Below, piece after piece: positions 18,816-28,522 of a stretch of DNA of 64,000 bases (its first letter is position 1; the number at the start of each line of letters is the position of its first letter). The DNA lies in contig CAWFXL010000001.1 of NCBI GenBank assembly GCA_963819815.1, forward strand, positions 1,408,001 to 1,472,000, given 5' to 3'. This stretch comes from an uncultured bacterium (lineage in GTDB: Bacteria; Babelota; Babeliae; Babelales; Babelaceae). The notes below the pieces were generated by a model that had not been told where the DNA came from, searched no databases, and was given only the letters and a program-made list of their open reading frames with translations. Both the position numbers and the translations under genes were made by a program.

Positions 18816-19511
18816 ATGACTACAAAACTTCGTGATATATTCTTTTCCTTACTTTGGCTGATGCCCTTTCTTTCATTTTTGGGGGGCTACCAGCTCATAC
18901 GAGTACTGACCCATATAGAAACGGTCAGAGTCCCTTCGTTGATTGGCCTTCATATGAATGAGGCTATAAAGATATTGTCCGCTGATCTTTTGAATGTGCG
19001 AATCCTTGCCGAAAAAGAGGATTCTGAGCTCGACGAAGGAACTATTCTAAGCCAAAACCCCGAGGCTGGACAACTTGTTAAAACCCATCAATCTATTTTC
19101 CTAGTGGTTACGAAAAAACCACCAAAAGTTTGTGCTCCTCAATTAAGAGGGTTGACCTGTGAGCAAGCACAAGCCAAGGCTACTCAGGCTGGTATTACTC
19201 TTACCAGCACATCGCTTGAAAGCACATTCCCAAAAGATCGAGTTATTGGTCAGAGTGTCCTTCCCCAACAAGAGGTTCGGCATAAGTCTTTTATGATTTA
19301 TTGCTCAGAAGGATCTACACCCTTACGGATTTTTCCTGATTTGAAAGGTAGGACGGTCGATGAGGTTTCGGCTTTTTTTGCCGTATACTCTGGTACGGTC
19401 CATGTTCAAGGTAATCGAACTGATAGTATCAAGGAACAACAACCACGAGCAGGTACGCTGGTCGACATTCGTAAGCCGTTGACGGTGCATGTCATTTGCT
19501 CACCTGGTTAA
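18816..19511 (+). CDS. PASTA domain-containing membrane protein
   Basis: N-terminal TM; VPSLIG...ILSQNPEAG, PQLRG, PDLKG...EQQPRAG repeats. Confidence 0.88.
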   Translation: MTTKLRDIFFSLLWLMPFLSFLGGYQLIRVLTHIETVRVPSLIGLHMNEAIKILSADLLNVRILAEKEDSELDEGTILSQNPEAGQLVKTHQSIFLVVTKKPPKVCAPQLRGLTCEQAQAKATQAGITLTSTSLESTFPKDRVIGQSVLPQQEVRHKSFMIYCSEGSTPLRIFPDLKGRTVDEVSAFFAVYSGTVHVQGNRTDSIKEQQPRAGTLVDIRKPLTVHVICSPG

Positions 19512-19573
19512 CCCATCAAATCCTTGAAGTCTTGGTATTCCTTTTTCTATACTAAAAGAAGGAGGGACATAGT

Positions 19574-19927
19574 ATGAAATTTTCTTATCTACTTACACTT
19601 GGGCTATGCCTTACTATGGGCGGCTCAATGAGAGCACAAAATCAGAATGATGCGATAGTAACGTATGCTAAAGTAAGCTTAGGTGCTGCCGTGGCGGTTG
19701 GCTTTGGGTATGCCTTATGGAGGTTATATAAAGATATGACTCACGACTATAAGCGGTATGTACAGACGGAGAACTTTATAGAAGATAATCAAGGACGTTT
19801 AACAAGCGATACCTTTACAGTTATTGGATTAGGATATTTGACTTACCTAAGTGGATTATATACTCTGGAGGCTATGAAAGATCTCGTCGAAGATGAAAAA
19901 CAGGATGAGAAAAAACAACAAGCCTAA
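19574..19927 (+). CDS. Hypothetical exported/membrane protein
   Basis: GGAGG RBS, signal peptide, two hydrophobic segments. Confidence 0.7.
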   Translation: MKFSYLLTLGLCLTMGGSMRAQNQNDAIVTYAKVSLGAAVAVGFGYALWRLYKDMTHDYKRYVQTENFIEDNQGRLTSDTFTVIGLGYLTYLSGLYTLEAMKDLVEDEKQDEKKQQA

Positions 19928-19936
19928 GGAGTTTCT

Positions 19937-20287
19937 ATGAAACGTGTTTTAATGGTGTTTGTATTTGTTACCGGTTCTCTTCATGCTCAGGACTTGTCTG
20001 ATACATGGACACAGTTGAGCCAATATCGTGTAGTCTCTGGAGTAAAAGCTGGAGTAACGGGAATTGGTGCAGTACATATGTTGATTGGTAGCTATGTGGC
20101 CGCCCGCTCGACTGCAGATGTGCTTAGGGCTGGCAAATCATTCTTTGCATACAATAAGGATGCCTGGAATAATTGGAATGAACTTATCGGTGGCTGTGCA
20201 GCAACGTTTGGACTACTCTATGCAGGCTCTAAACTTGGTTGGGAATACTTCCCAGGGTATGTAAGACACGCATTGGCTATTAAGTAA
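19937..20287 (+). CDS. Hypothetical exported/membrane protein
   Basis: AAGGAG RBS, signal peptide, two glycine-rich hydrophobic segments. Confidence 0.7.
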   Translation: MKRVLMVFVFVTGSLHAQDLSDTWTQLSQYRVVSGVKAGVTGIGAVHMLIGSYVAARSTADVLRAGKSFFAYNKDAWNNWNELIGGCAATFGLLYAGSKLGWEYFPGYVRHALAIK

Positions 20288-20303
20288 TAGTAACAAAACA
20301 TGG

Positions 20304-20336
20304 TATGAGCTCTTGAAAGAGGGCTCATATTTTTTT
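20304..20336. terminator. Terminator between convergent genes
   Basis: TATGAGCTCTT...AGAGGGCTCATA hairpin followed by a T tract. Confidence 0.6.
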
Positions 20337-21284
20337 GCAGGCAGTAAAAATGGATGCTACGTCTGCTTGGTTGTATACGATCTCATAGACCGCTTCAAAT
20401 ACCGGTATCTTAATAAGTTTTATAATTGAGGGAATCGCCTGTAAACTGTTTATCCCTTCGGTATATGGAAGCTTGTGAGGAGCGATTTCTTTTTTGCCAA
20501 GAGCTCGTCCTGTTTCCCTATTTCTGCTTTGGGAGCTATAGGAGGTGAGCATGATATCTCCAATGCCTGCAAAGGAAAGAACAGTCTGAGGATCACCTCC
20601 ATACACCATGATGACCTGCTTAAGCTCATGAATCATCTTTGTACACACAAGGGCTTGACTATTAGTGCCATAGCCTGCACCTTCTACGATACCTAAGGCA
20701 ACTGCTATAACATTCTTAAGAGCGCCACACCATTGGACTCCTACCTCATCAAGAGAAGTCTCAATGAGGAGAGCGTCATTTTGAAGGAGAACCTTAACCG
20801 CCTCAGCCAGCTCAAGATAGGTACTTGCAAGAGTAAGTGCTGTTGGTTGTTTAACGATTAACTCTTGTGCAAAACTTGGCCCAGAAAGCACAACGATAGA
20901 AAGCTCGTTTCCAAGGATATCCTTGATGATTTCAGTTGGCAGAAGTACTTTCGGTGCTTCGATACCTTTGCTGGTTACTACCCACGCAGTAGTGGGATCT
21001 ACGAAGGGCTTACATTGAGTAAGCACTGAACGAAGGTAGGTTACCGGAATCGCTTCAATGACCAACGAGTTTGGTGCCATAAGAGCTTCTTCTAGTGAGG
21101 TTGTAGGAGCAATGGTTGGATAGAGTTTTACTCCAGGCATATATACAGCATTATAACCGGTTTGCTCAATTGAGTGGGCAACTTCAGGGTTGTAGCACCA
21201 CAGTAGGATATGATGTCCGTTGCTTGCTAACGTTTGTGCAAGAGCTGTTCCAAAAGTGCCATCGCCAAGTACGGTGATCTGCAT
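20325..21284 (-). CDS. gpsA: NAD(P)H-dependent glycerol-3-phosphate dehydrogenase
   Basis: GDGTFGTALA, SKGIE, LSGPSFA, GALKNVIA, GIGDIMLT, SRN. Confidence 0.95.
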   Translation of the reverse strand: MQITVLGDGTFGTALAQTLASNGHHILLWCYNPEVAHSIEQTGYNAVYMPGVKLYPTIAPTTSLEEALMAPNSLVIEAIPVTYLRSVLTQCKPFVDPTTAWVVTSKGIEAPKVLLPTEIIKDILGNELSIVVLSGPSFAQELIVKQPTALTLASTYLELAEAVKVLLQNDALLIETSLDEVGVQWCGALKNVIAVALGIVEGAGYGTNSQALVCTKMIHELKQVIMVYGGDPQTVLSFAGIGDIMLTSYSSQSRNRETGRALGKKEIAPHKLPYTEGINSLQAIPSIIKLIKIPVFEAVYEIVYNQADVASIFTACKKI

Positions 21285-21289
21285 GAGTG

Positions 21290-22075
21290 TTATTTACCAA
21301 AATTTCGGCTACGTAAATTATACGTTTCTACGGCATGCTCGAGATCTTGTATGGTTAAATCAGGCCAGAGCCTATCAGTAAAATAGAGCTCACTATAGGT
21401 AGTTTGGTACGTTAGAAATCCGCTTAACCGTTGTACTCCGCCAGTTCGAATAATAAGATCGGGGTCGGGAAGTGAGCTTGTCCAGAGGTATGTTTTGAAG
21501 ATTTCTTCGGTAGGAGCTTCGGAGAGTTTGCCCTGTTTTACGTCCTCGACTATATGCTCAATCGCATGCAAAATTTCTTGGCGACCACCATAACAAAAAA
21601 GGACATTTAAAAGAAGTTTCGAACAGTGGCTTGTACTTGATTCAATACGCGCGATGGAGTCTTGAACATGTGCGGGGGCGGTCTTTGTAGCACCGATAAA
21701 GCGCACTCGTATACCCTGCTCAATAAAGCTTGGAAGGGAAGTTTCTGTATGGTCGATGATAATGTCGAAGATGGCCTGTACCTCCTCAGGCGATCGGTTA
21801 TAGTTCTCAAGGGAAAACGCGTAGACCGATACGATTTCAATGTTTCGCGATAAGCAGAACTTCACGAGTGTCTTTACCGTTTCAGCCCCTTGTTTATGTC
21901 CAACTGAGCTCATAAGTTTTCTCTGCTTTGCCCAACGTCTATTACCATCCATAATAATAGCAAGATGCTTAATAGGATGGGAATTTACAGCATGTACCGT
22001 ATGCATAGCTGCATAAATCCTTATGAAAACGGGTATGAGTAATAATGCTATAAAAAAGCTTATCGGTTTTGACAT
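21290..22075 (-). CDS. uppS: Undecaprenyl diphosphate synthase
   Basis: HLAIIMDGNRRWA, YAFSLEN, YGGRQEI, PDLIIRTGG..RLSGF. Confidence 0.97.
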   Translation of the reverse strand: MSKPISFFIALLLIPVFIRIYAAMHTVHAVNSHPIKHLAIIMDGNRRWAKQRKLMSSVGHKQGAETVKTLVKFCLSRNIEIVSVYAFSLENYNRSPEEVQAIFDIIIDHTETSLPSFIEQGIRVRFIGATKTAPAHVQDSIARIESSTSHCSKLLLNVLFCYGGRQEILHAIEHIVEDVKQGKLSEAPTEEIFKTYLWTSSLPDPDLIIRTGGVQRLSGFLTYQTTYSELYFTDRLWPDLTIQDLEHAVETYNLRSRNFGK

Positions 22076-22698
22076 GGGTTACTTTCGAATCCAAGCCGGT
22101 TTATGAGATGTATCATTCTAGTAACCGCGTAATAACAGGCGGTGAGGATCAAAGCAGAGGTCAAACGTTCGAGCCATACCTGAGGAAAGAGTGTTTCCCA
22201 AAATAGAGCAGTAGTTTCGTGTGTATAGATAAAAATAGTTGAGCCTACAGCGTGCGTTATAAAAGTGCTCATGAGGCTTCGTAAGAAAATAGAGGGAGCA
22301 GGCAAGAAGCTGATGCCAATCGGTATGAGCCAATAGATTGTATATATAAAGCTTTCTGCGCCCATAGGATGGGCAATGAAAGTGCCGATGCAGAGGGCTG
22401 CGATGAGGGGGGATGCATAGCGTGATCCTGAAGAAAGTACGAGACTACCTGCAAACGTCGGCAAATGTACCAGAAAGCTTCCTCCATAGGTCCCTAGAGA
22501 AAAAGAGAGAGCAGTTCGCGCACAATACACAAAGGCACAGGATGAAACTCCACAAAAGAAGCCAATAAGGGGAGCGCAGACGGTTCCTACGCCATATAAT
22601 CGTGCTGTGCCCAAGATAGGTAGGAGAGAGATTTTCGAAAGCAGTTTCAGAACAAGGGCATAAGCAAGAAGCAAAATCTGTTTATAAGCTGGCCACAT
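22060..22698 (-). CDS. Hypothetical polytopic membrane protein (ECF S-component-like size and topology)
   Basis: About six hydrophobic helices in 212 aa; family assignment is inference. Confidence 0.55.
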   Translation of the reverse strand: MWPAYKQILLLAYALVLKLLSKISLLPILGTARLYGVGTVCAPLIGFFCGVSSCAFVYCARTALSFSLGTYGGSFLVHLPTFAGSLVLSSGSRYASPLIAALCIGTFIAHPMGAESFIYTIYWLIPIGISFLPAPSIFLRSLMSTFITHAVGSTIFIYTHETTALFWETLFPQVWLERLTSALILTACYYAVTRMIHLINRLGFESNPCQNR

Positions 22699-22847
22699 AG
22701 GTATCTCGCGTCTTTAGAAAGAGCAGTATCTTGTCGGGGAGCTTTTTCGCAACCCGCTGTATAAGTATACCATTTTTTCAAAGAAGGGAGAAACTTTTAG
22801 AAAGTGCTAGGGAGGGGCTGAGGCATGGGTTTTGGGGTGGGGACTAT

Positions 22848-22881
22848 AAAAAAAGGGAGTAGGAATGTGTTCCTACTCCCT
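22848..22881 (-). terminator. Rho-independent terminator of the 22905-25007 gene
   Basis: AGGGAGTAGGAA-TGTG-TTCCTACTCCCT with an A tract on the + strand (U tract on -). Confidence 0.85.
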
Positions 22882-22904
22882 GAATTCTTAACTCTACCAA
22901 GTGG

Positions 22905-25007
22905 TTATTTCGCCATTTCCACTTTATTAGCAAGCTGGGTGTTTGCTTTGGTGTTGCTAATATTGGTATTGGCCCGAGCATTGATTTTTATAGCTTTGCT
23001 AGCGACTATACCATAACCATTAAATTTAAGAATATTTCCCTTCAGTAGTGCTGGCTCGAGAAGGCTCAACCCGATTGTATTTGGAAGAGGCTGCTGCGAA
23101 GGCGGCGTTGCTATTCCAAAATAGTTTGAGTCGAAATTGACGTTCTTCTGAGCACTCGTGGTAGCCACATTTTGAGCTCCGTGTTGCCAGCCCATTTTCT
23201 GATTTCCTGAGATCGTGTTACCGGTTACCGTGAGAGCAAGGATATTGCGAGTTACGGCCCCATTGGTATTCGGGATAGCTTTTGTACCAGTTCCATTGGT
23301 GCCGATGAAAGAGTTTTGCACCGTAACGGAATTCAGCAGAGGCACTGAAGAGGCAGATACGTCGCTTAGTTTGGTACCAAGAACTAGTCCTGTTGAAAGT
23401 CCCGAAAATACTGATCCGGTGATTACGAGGTTCCCCTGAGGAGTCTTCTCGAGGCTATTTAATGCTGAGAGACCGATACCCCCACCTAAACCGGCAGTTT
23501 TTGCGGAGTTAGTACCTACAGAAACATTTGTAAAATCTGCATTATTAAAACTCGTAAGGTTTAGAACCACGCGTTTTGAACCTGCAGCTGCGAATGTATC
23601 AAAAGAAAGGTCAGATACTTTTGCGGCATCTGCAGAGACAACAACTGGAATTATTGCTTGGATCCCAGTGGAGGCGATCGCATTAAGGAGCTCAGAGCCA
23701 CTTTTTTTGATACCGAATTGTCCATTAACTACTCGATTATACTTTCCGGTGAAAAGCAGAGCAGGAACATCCTTATCTAGTGACGTTACCCCTAACCCTC
23801 CAAGAATTACCCTTGATGCCGGGTTCGGTTTGCCCGTTGATTTTTGCGATGCAAACCTTCTGTCGCCAATTACGTTATGATTTCCTTCTACAGCAAGGGC
23901 GATAACAGTTGAATCTGAATTTTCGCCAGATGCATCAACCCCTACATAGCACCCCTCAATAACATGCTCATTGCCAAGGACGCGGATTGCTGCTGGATAT
24001 AATGCTTCTTTCTGGCCATCACGTGCTACAAAAGGAGATCCATGTACAATAAGCCCTCTAAGGCGTGAGGCAGTAGATCCTTTTGCAAATATAATCGTGT
24101 CTGGAGAAATCTCAGATTCGTTCATAGCATTTGCTGAGACTACCATAGGTTGAATTTCAATGTTGAGAAGAGCCTCATCCAGATTTTCAAAAGAAGCTTC
24201 TGGTGATCTAATTTCGCTGGTGAAATCAGTAGAGTTCTGATTTTCTTCTGCAAATTGACTCGCAGCTTTAAGTGCAAATTCTTCGGCGGCACGTTTAAAT
24301 TCAGCTTCAACTTTAAGAGCCTCTTCTAGTTTAAGAGCAGCTTCATCAGCTTCACGTTTTGCAGCTTCTAGTTCAAGAGCAGCTGCCTCGGCAGCATGTT
24401 GTTCAGCTTCAGCCTTAAGTGCAGCCTCTAGTTTAAAGGCAGCTTCTTCAGCTTCACGCTTTGCAGCTTCTAGTTCAAGAACAGCTTTCTCGGCAGCACG
24501 TTGTTCAGCCTCTAGTTTAAGGGCCGCTTCCTCAGCTTCAGCCTTAAGAGCAGCCTCGCGAGCAAGCTGAGTGGCTAATCTTTCTGCGCGGATTGTTTCA
24601 GGTGATTTACGTTGAATTTCAATTTTGAGAACTGAATTATCTGGATGCTCTAGGCCTTGGGTATTTTCAGAAGATCCTTTTTGGGAAAAACCATCAATGC
24701 AAGTATTTGAAGGGATTTCGAGTGGTTTTTCAAGCTGGATTGTCCAGGTGCCCGTTTCTGCATTATAGCCAGAATCAGTAGTACTTAAAATAAACTTAAT
24801 TTCGGTAGGAAGTTCTGATCGACCTGCTTTTTCGATTGCTCGCTGAAGTGAACCTGGTCCAAATGAATTGGTATTCGAGACCTCAAAAACAGCTGGGTCT
24901 ACTTGGTCTTCCCAGTGTATCTTTTTTTTACCGTCTACCGCAACCAGCGCAGATGCCAGGAGGCACAGGGCCAGGGCGCCTATAGTACGTTTTGTAATGA
25001 ATTTCAT
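22905..25007 (-). CDS. Secreted parallel beta-helix surface protein with an inserted Ala/Glu/Lys repeat
   Basis: Signal peptide; VSNTNSFGPGSLQRAI, IDGFSQKG, IEGCYVGVDASG, NSFIGTNGTG, GNTISGN motifs of beta-helix repeat proteins. Confidence 0.7.
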   Translation of the reverse strand: MKFITKRTIGALALCLLASALVAVDGKKKIHWEDQVDPAVFEVSNTNSFGPGSLQRAIEKAGRSELPTEIKFILSTTDSGYNAETGTWTIQLEKPLEIPSNTCIDGFSQKGSSENTQGLEHPDNSVLKIEIQRKSPETIRAERLATQLAREAALKAEAEEAALKLEAEQRAAEKAVLELEAAKREAEEAAFKLEAALKAEAEQHAAEAAALELEAAKREADEAALKLEEALKVEAEFKRAAEEFALKAASQFAEENQNSTDFTSEIRSPEASFENLDEALLNIEIQPMVVSANAMNESEISPDTIIFAKGSTASRLRGLIVHGSPFVARDGQKEALYPAAIRVLGNEHVIEGCYVGVDASGENSDSTVIALAVEGNHNVIGDRRFASQKSTGKPNPASRVILGGLGVTSLDKDVPALLFTGKYNRVVNGQFGIKKSGSELLNAIASTGIQAIIPVVVSADAAKVSDLSFDTFAAAGSKRVVLNLTSFNNADFTNVSVGTNSAKTAGLGGGIGLSALNSLEKTPQGNLVITGSVFSGLSTGLVLGTKLSDVSASSVPLLNSVTVQNSFIGTNGTGTKAIPNTNGAVTRNILALTVTGNTISGNQKMGWQHGAQNVATTSAQKNVNFDSNYFGIATPPSQQPLPNTIGLSLLEPALLKGNILKFNGYGIVASKAIKINARANTNISNTKANTQLANKVEMAK
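24270..24560 (-). repeat. Intragenic tandem repeat, 102-bp (34-aa) period, coiled-coil-like
   Basis: GCAGCTTCTAGTTCAAGA at 24361 and 24463; LELEAAKREA-x-EAA repeated. Confidence 0.8.
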
Positions 25008-25305
25008 AGAATCTCCTTTCTAATGAGGTGTATGTGTACTGCTTATTGCATCATAGTTTCGTGTTAATGGTACCATCTTTTCGGTTCTTAATTAACCTGT
25101 GTCGGATATATGCTGCTCCTTAAAGTTGCTTAGTACCTAGAGTGTACGATTTTTTTTTTGAACGCAATAGTTTGCTTACTTTTTTTCATAAAATGAATTC
25201 TGCCTTGGGCAGGTACGTTCGCCGTGTATAGTAATTGGTATGAACACTTGCATTGCCGCCGCATGGGTGTAAACTTGGTACAACATCCTATTATTGAGCT
25301 TCCCT

Positions 25306-25986
25306 ATGCTGCGACGAAGAAAAAAGAATACCTATTTAGCAGGTTTAGTACAGGTCGTTACCCCACAAACGACTATCATTGCCTTTGATCTGCATAATGT
25401 GGTGTTTAAAAAACAGACTCGTAAAATTGTGATGCAAGGGATTAGGTTGCTTCCTCAGGGAACCTGGCGCTATACCTTTAGTCCGAGATTATGGTATCGC
25501 TTCTATAAAATAAGATCCCAGTCTGATGTAGCTGAGGATATTTTTCAAAAGATGTCTCTTGAGTATCCTGGCCTTGCGCGATTTAGGGGAGACTTTATTC
25601 GTCTCACCAATGCTCAAAGACCGATACCGGCTGTTATGAATATGATCAAGGGATTGAAAGAGAGAGGTTTTAGCCTCTATATTCTCTCAAATATTGGCCA
25701 AGATACGTTCCAAGAGCTTTCTGAAGTGTTTCCTGAACTGCAGGAATATTTTAACGGTGCTTATACGGCAACGGCTGAAAATAACTATGTTCATAAGCCT
25801 CATCCTGAATTCTATGAGGGATTCAAACAGTTTGTGAACAATGACGGGCATGAGGGAAAGCAAATAGTATTTATCGATGATTTGAAAAAGAATCTTTCAG
25901 CAGCAGCTCGTTGCAATATTGCGGGAATTCATTTTACCTCCCCAAAAAAGCTCCAGCGAATCTTGCAAAACCTCGATATGCTGTAA
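25306..25986 (+). CDS. HAD-family hydrolase
   Basis: IAFDLHNV (variant motif I), ILSN, KPHP, VFIDD motifs. Confidence 0.85.
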   Translation: MLRRRKKNTYLAGLVQVVTPQTTIIAFDLHNVVFKKQTRKIVMQGIRLLPQGTWRYTFSPRLWYRFYKIRSQSDVAEDIFQKMSLEYPGLARFRGDFIRLTNAQRPIPAVMNMIKGLKERGFSLYILSNIGQDTFQELSEVFPELQEYFNGAYTATAENNYVHKPHPEFYEGFKQFVNNDGHEGKQIVFIDDLKKNLSAAARCNIAGIHFTSPKKLQRILQNLDML

Positions 25987-26138
25987 TTGGTAGGGAGAGG
26001 ATCCGTTATGAGAAAGCCGCTCTCATTTTGATTTACACAGAAAAACTTGCTATACTTTAAAAGTCGAAATCTTGATAACCTCCATTTTCTCCTGTCCTTG
26101 ACGTACCTTGTCAGGATGAGAGTGTTTTTAGAGCTGAT

Positions 26139-27176
26139 ATGCCGCATAAAAAAGAGTTTCATCCTTACAGGCATCGGGGCCGTTTCTATAACCATGCTGA
26201 TGAAAAGCATAGCTCTATGATTCTCCCCTCTCTGATCATGCTTTTAGATTGGTACTGGAATCTCCTTAAGCACGGAGGGTGTGATAGCAGTACGTGGTAT
26301 AATCCTGTTGAGCCTATTGATCGCACCAAAAATCTTTTGCTTACGTGGATCGGCCATTCAACCTATTTAATACAGGTTGAGGGTATTAATATTATTACAG
26401 ATCCTATTTTCGGATCCCTTCCCTTTTTTTCGCGTCAAATAAAGCCTGGCATTGAACTTCAAAGGATCCCTCCTCTTGATTACGTCCTTATATCTCATAA
26501 CCATCCTGATCATATGGATGCAGCTGCACTTACTTTCTTCAAAAATCATCCGTGTACCTTCCTGGTGCCTCAAGGGGATAAGGAATGGTTTGAGAAGCGT
26601 GGTTTTACTCGAGTGCGCGAATATACTTGGTGGGACCGTGAAATCTTTACGCATGGCGACACAAAGATAGAGTTTAGTTTTCTGCCGGCCTTGCATTGGT
26701 CCCAGCGCGGGCTACGTGATTTTAATAAAAGTTTGTGGGGCAGTTGGATGATCTCAATTGGTGGTCACTCAGTCTACTTCGCTGGAGATACTGCTTATTC
26801 AAAACACTTCGCTGCAATAGCACAAGAGTTTCCTCAAATAACCCATGCGCTCATGCCTATTGGTCCTTGTGAGCCCCGCAAATGGATGAAAGCAAGTCAT
26901 ATTAATGCAGAGGAAGCAGGTCAAGGGTTTCTTGATCTTAACGCTCAGAAGTTCTTTCCGATGCACTGGGGCACCTTTAGCTTTGGAACCGATTTTCATG
27001 AAGCACCTTATGAGCGGATTATCTCATGGTGGAAAGATCAGCAGCTTTCATTAGAAAAGCAGTTAGTCGTTTTGAAAGTAGGGCAACGTTTTGAGGAGCA
27101 ACCTCTTATAACTCTATCTGCCGAGCAACCCGCGTTGCAGCCACAGCTACAGGATCTTTCTGAGCAGAATCGCTAA
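26139..27176 (+). CDS. MBL-fold metallo-hydrolase (NAPE-PLD/RomA-like)
   Basis: TWIGHST, TDPIF, SHNHPDHMD, HWSQR, YFAGDT, PMHWGTF. Confidence 0.9.
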   Translation: MPHKKEFHPYRHRGRFYNHADEKHSSMILPSLIMLLDWYWNLLKHGGCDSSTWYNPVEPIDRTKNLLLTWIGHSTYLIQVEGINIITDPIFGSLPFFSRQIKPGIELQRIPPLDYVLISHNHPDHMDAAALTFFKNHPCTFLVPQGDKEWFEKRGFTRVREYTWWDREIFTHGDTKIEFSFLPALHWSQRGLRDFNKSLWGSWMISIGGHSVYFAGDTAYSKHFAAIAQEFPQITHALMPIGPCEPRKWMKASHINAEEAGQGFLDLNAQKFFPMHWGTFSFGTDFHEAPYERIISWWKDQQLSLEKQLVVLKVGQRFEEQPLITLSAEQPALQPQLQDLSEQNR

Positions 27177-28098
27177 CGGTTTCAACAGCAAATGCTTTGC
27201 TCAGATAGGCACGTCCTGAATCACCAAAGATCATGATCCCAATGTCCTGAGGCCCCATATGCTTTTTAGCATACTCTTGAGTTGCATAGGCAACTGCGCC
27301 GCTACTTAAGCCCGCAAGGAATCCATACTGTGAAGCAAGCGGTTTAAGCATCCCAAATCCTTGCTCATCGGTCACCTCAAGAAACTCATCAACAAGTTTA
27401 TAATCAAGAAGACCATTATCAAAGTCGATGCCAATTCCTTCCATTTTGTAGGGCTTTGGATGTCCTTTGGTTGCTCTAAACGAGTTAGCGGCATCTACAG
27501 CGAGTATTTTGATGTTGGGGTTTTGCTCTTTAAGATATTTACCTACGCCACAAAGCGTTCCACAGGTTCCTGCAGCGGCAAAGTAATGAGTAATTTTGCC
27601 TTCGGTCTGTTTCCAGATTTCAGGTCCGAGTAAGGTATAATGAGCGGCTGGATTTGCCGGATTATAATACTGATTGAGCATATGAGAATTGGGAGTATTC
27701 TTTTGGATTGCTACGGCTTGGCTATGGTAGCTTCTAGGATCTTCTACAAACTCAGTTGCAGGACATTTTACTACCTCTGCACCATAGGCTTTGAGTGTTT
27801 TATACTTTTCATCACTAATCTTTTCAAAGACGGTGATTATAACCTTATAGCCAAGGGCAGCACCTATCATTGCAACGGCGATACCTTGGTTTCCTGATGA
27901 TGCTTCAATGATGGTCCCACCAGGCTTGAGCTTGCCCGTACGTTCAGCTTCTTTAATCATATAGTATGCGGAGCGGTCTTTAACGCTACCACTAGGGTTT
28001 AAGTATTCAAGCTTTGCGTAAATGCGTCCTTGTGAAGTAAAAGGGATACGCACAAGAGGGGTATTGCCGATAGCTGAAAGTATAGTGTCATGAAGCAT
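27106..28098 (-). CDS. Cysteine synthase / cystathionine beta-synthase family PLP enzyme
   Basis: IGNTPLV, KLEYLNPSGSVKDR, EASSGNQG, EGIG. Confidence 0.92.
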   Translation of the reverse strand: MLHDTILSAIGNTPLVRIPFTSQGRIYAKLEYLNPSGSVKDRSAYYMIKEAERTGKLKPGGTIIEASSGNQGIAVAMIGAALGYKVIITVFEKISDEKYKTLKAYGAEVVKCPATEFVEDPRSYHSQAVAIQKNTPNSHMLNQYYNPANPAAHYTLLGPEIWKQTEGKITHYFAAAGTCGTLCGVGKYLKEQNPNIKILAVDAANSFRATKGHPKPYKMEGIGIDFDNGLLDYKLVDEFLEVTDEQGFGMLKPLASQYGFLAGLSSGAVAYATQEYAKKHMGPQDIGIMIFGDSGRAYLSKAFAVETVSDSAQKDPVAVAATRVARQIEL

Positions 28099-28522
28099 GA
28101 GCCATCTCCGGTAAGTGATTATTTATCACTAAGTATAACAAAATAGCTAGGCTAATCAAAAAAAATCCGATGAGAATCATTGAAAGTACCTTTAAGCGAG
28201 AGTTTATCGGTCTCTTTTTTTGAGTTTGAGATACGTAGTCTGGCTCGTTTATCATTTATAAGAGCGGGAAAGGAAGCGCTTTAGCTCTAAATGGGAGATT
28301 GACCAGGAATTTTGTCAATTTTCCTTAAAGAACGAAGGCGCAGAAACTGGACAGGCATCTAAAACTCTTGGGGAGGATGACGAATGATGGTGAGCTCCAT
28401 AGGTGGTTCAGACAACCTATGCTTGTATGCTATCTTATTTAATGCAAGACTTAGGATAGCTCGCTGTTTAGTCTCTGTAGTGTGCCTCCTAAATCAATTC
28501 TCGTGCCGTATTAACTCATTAG

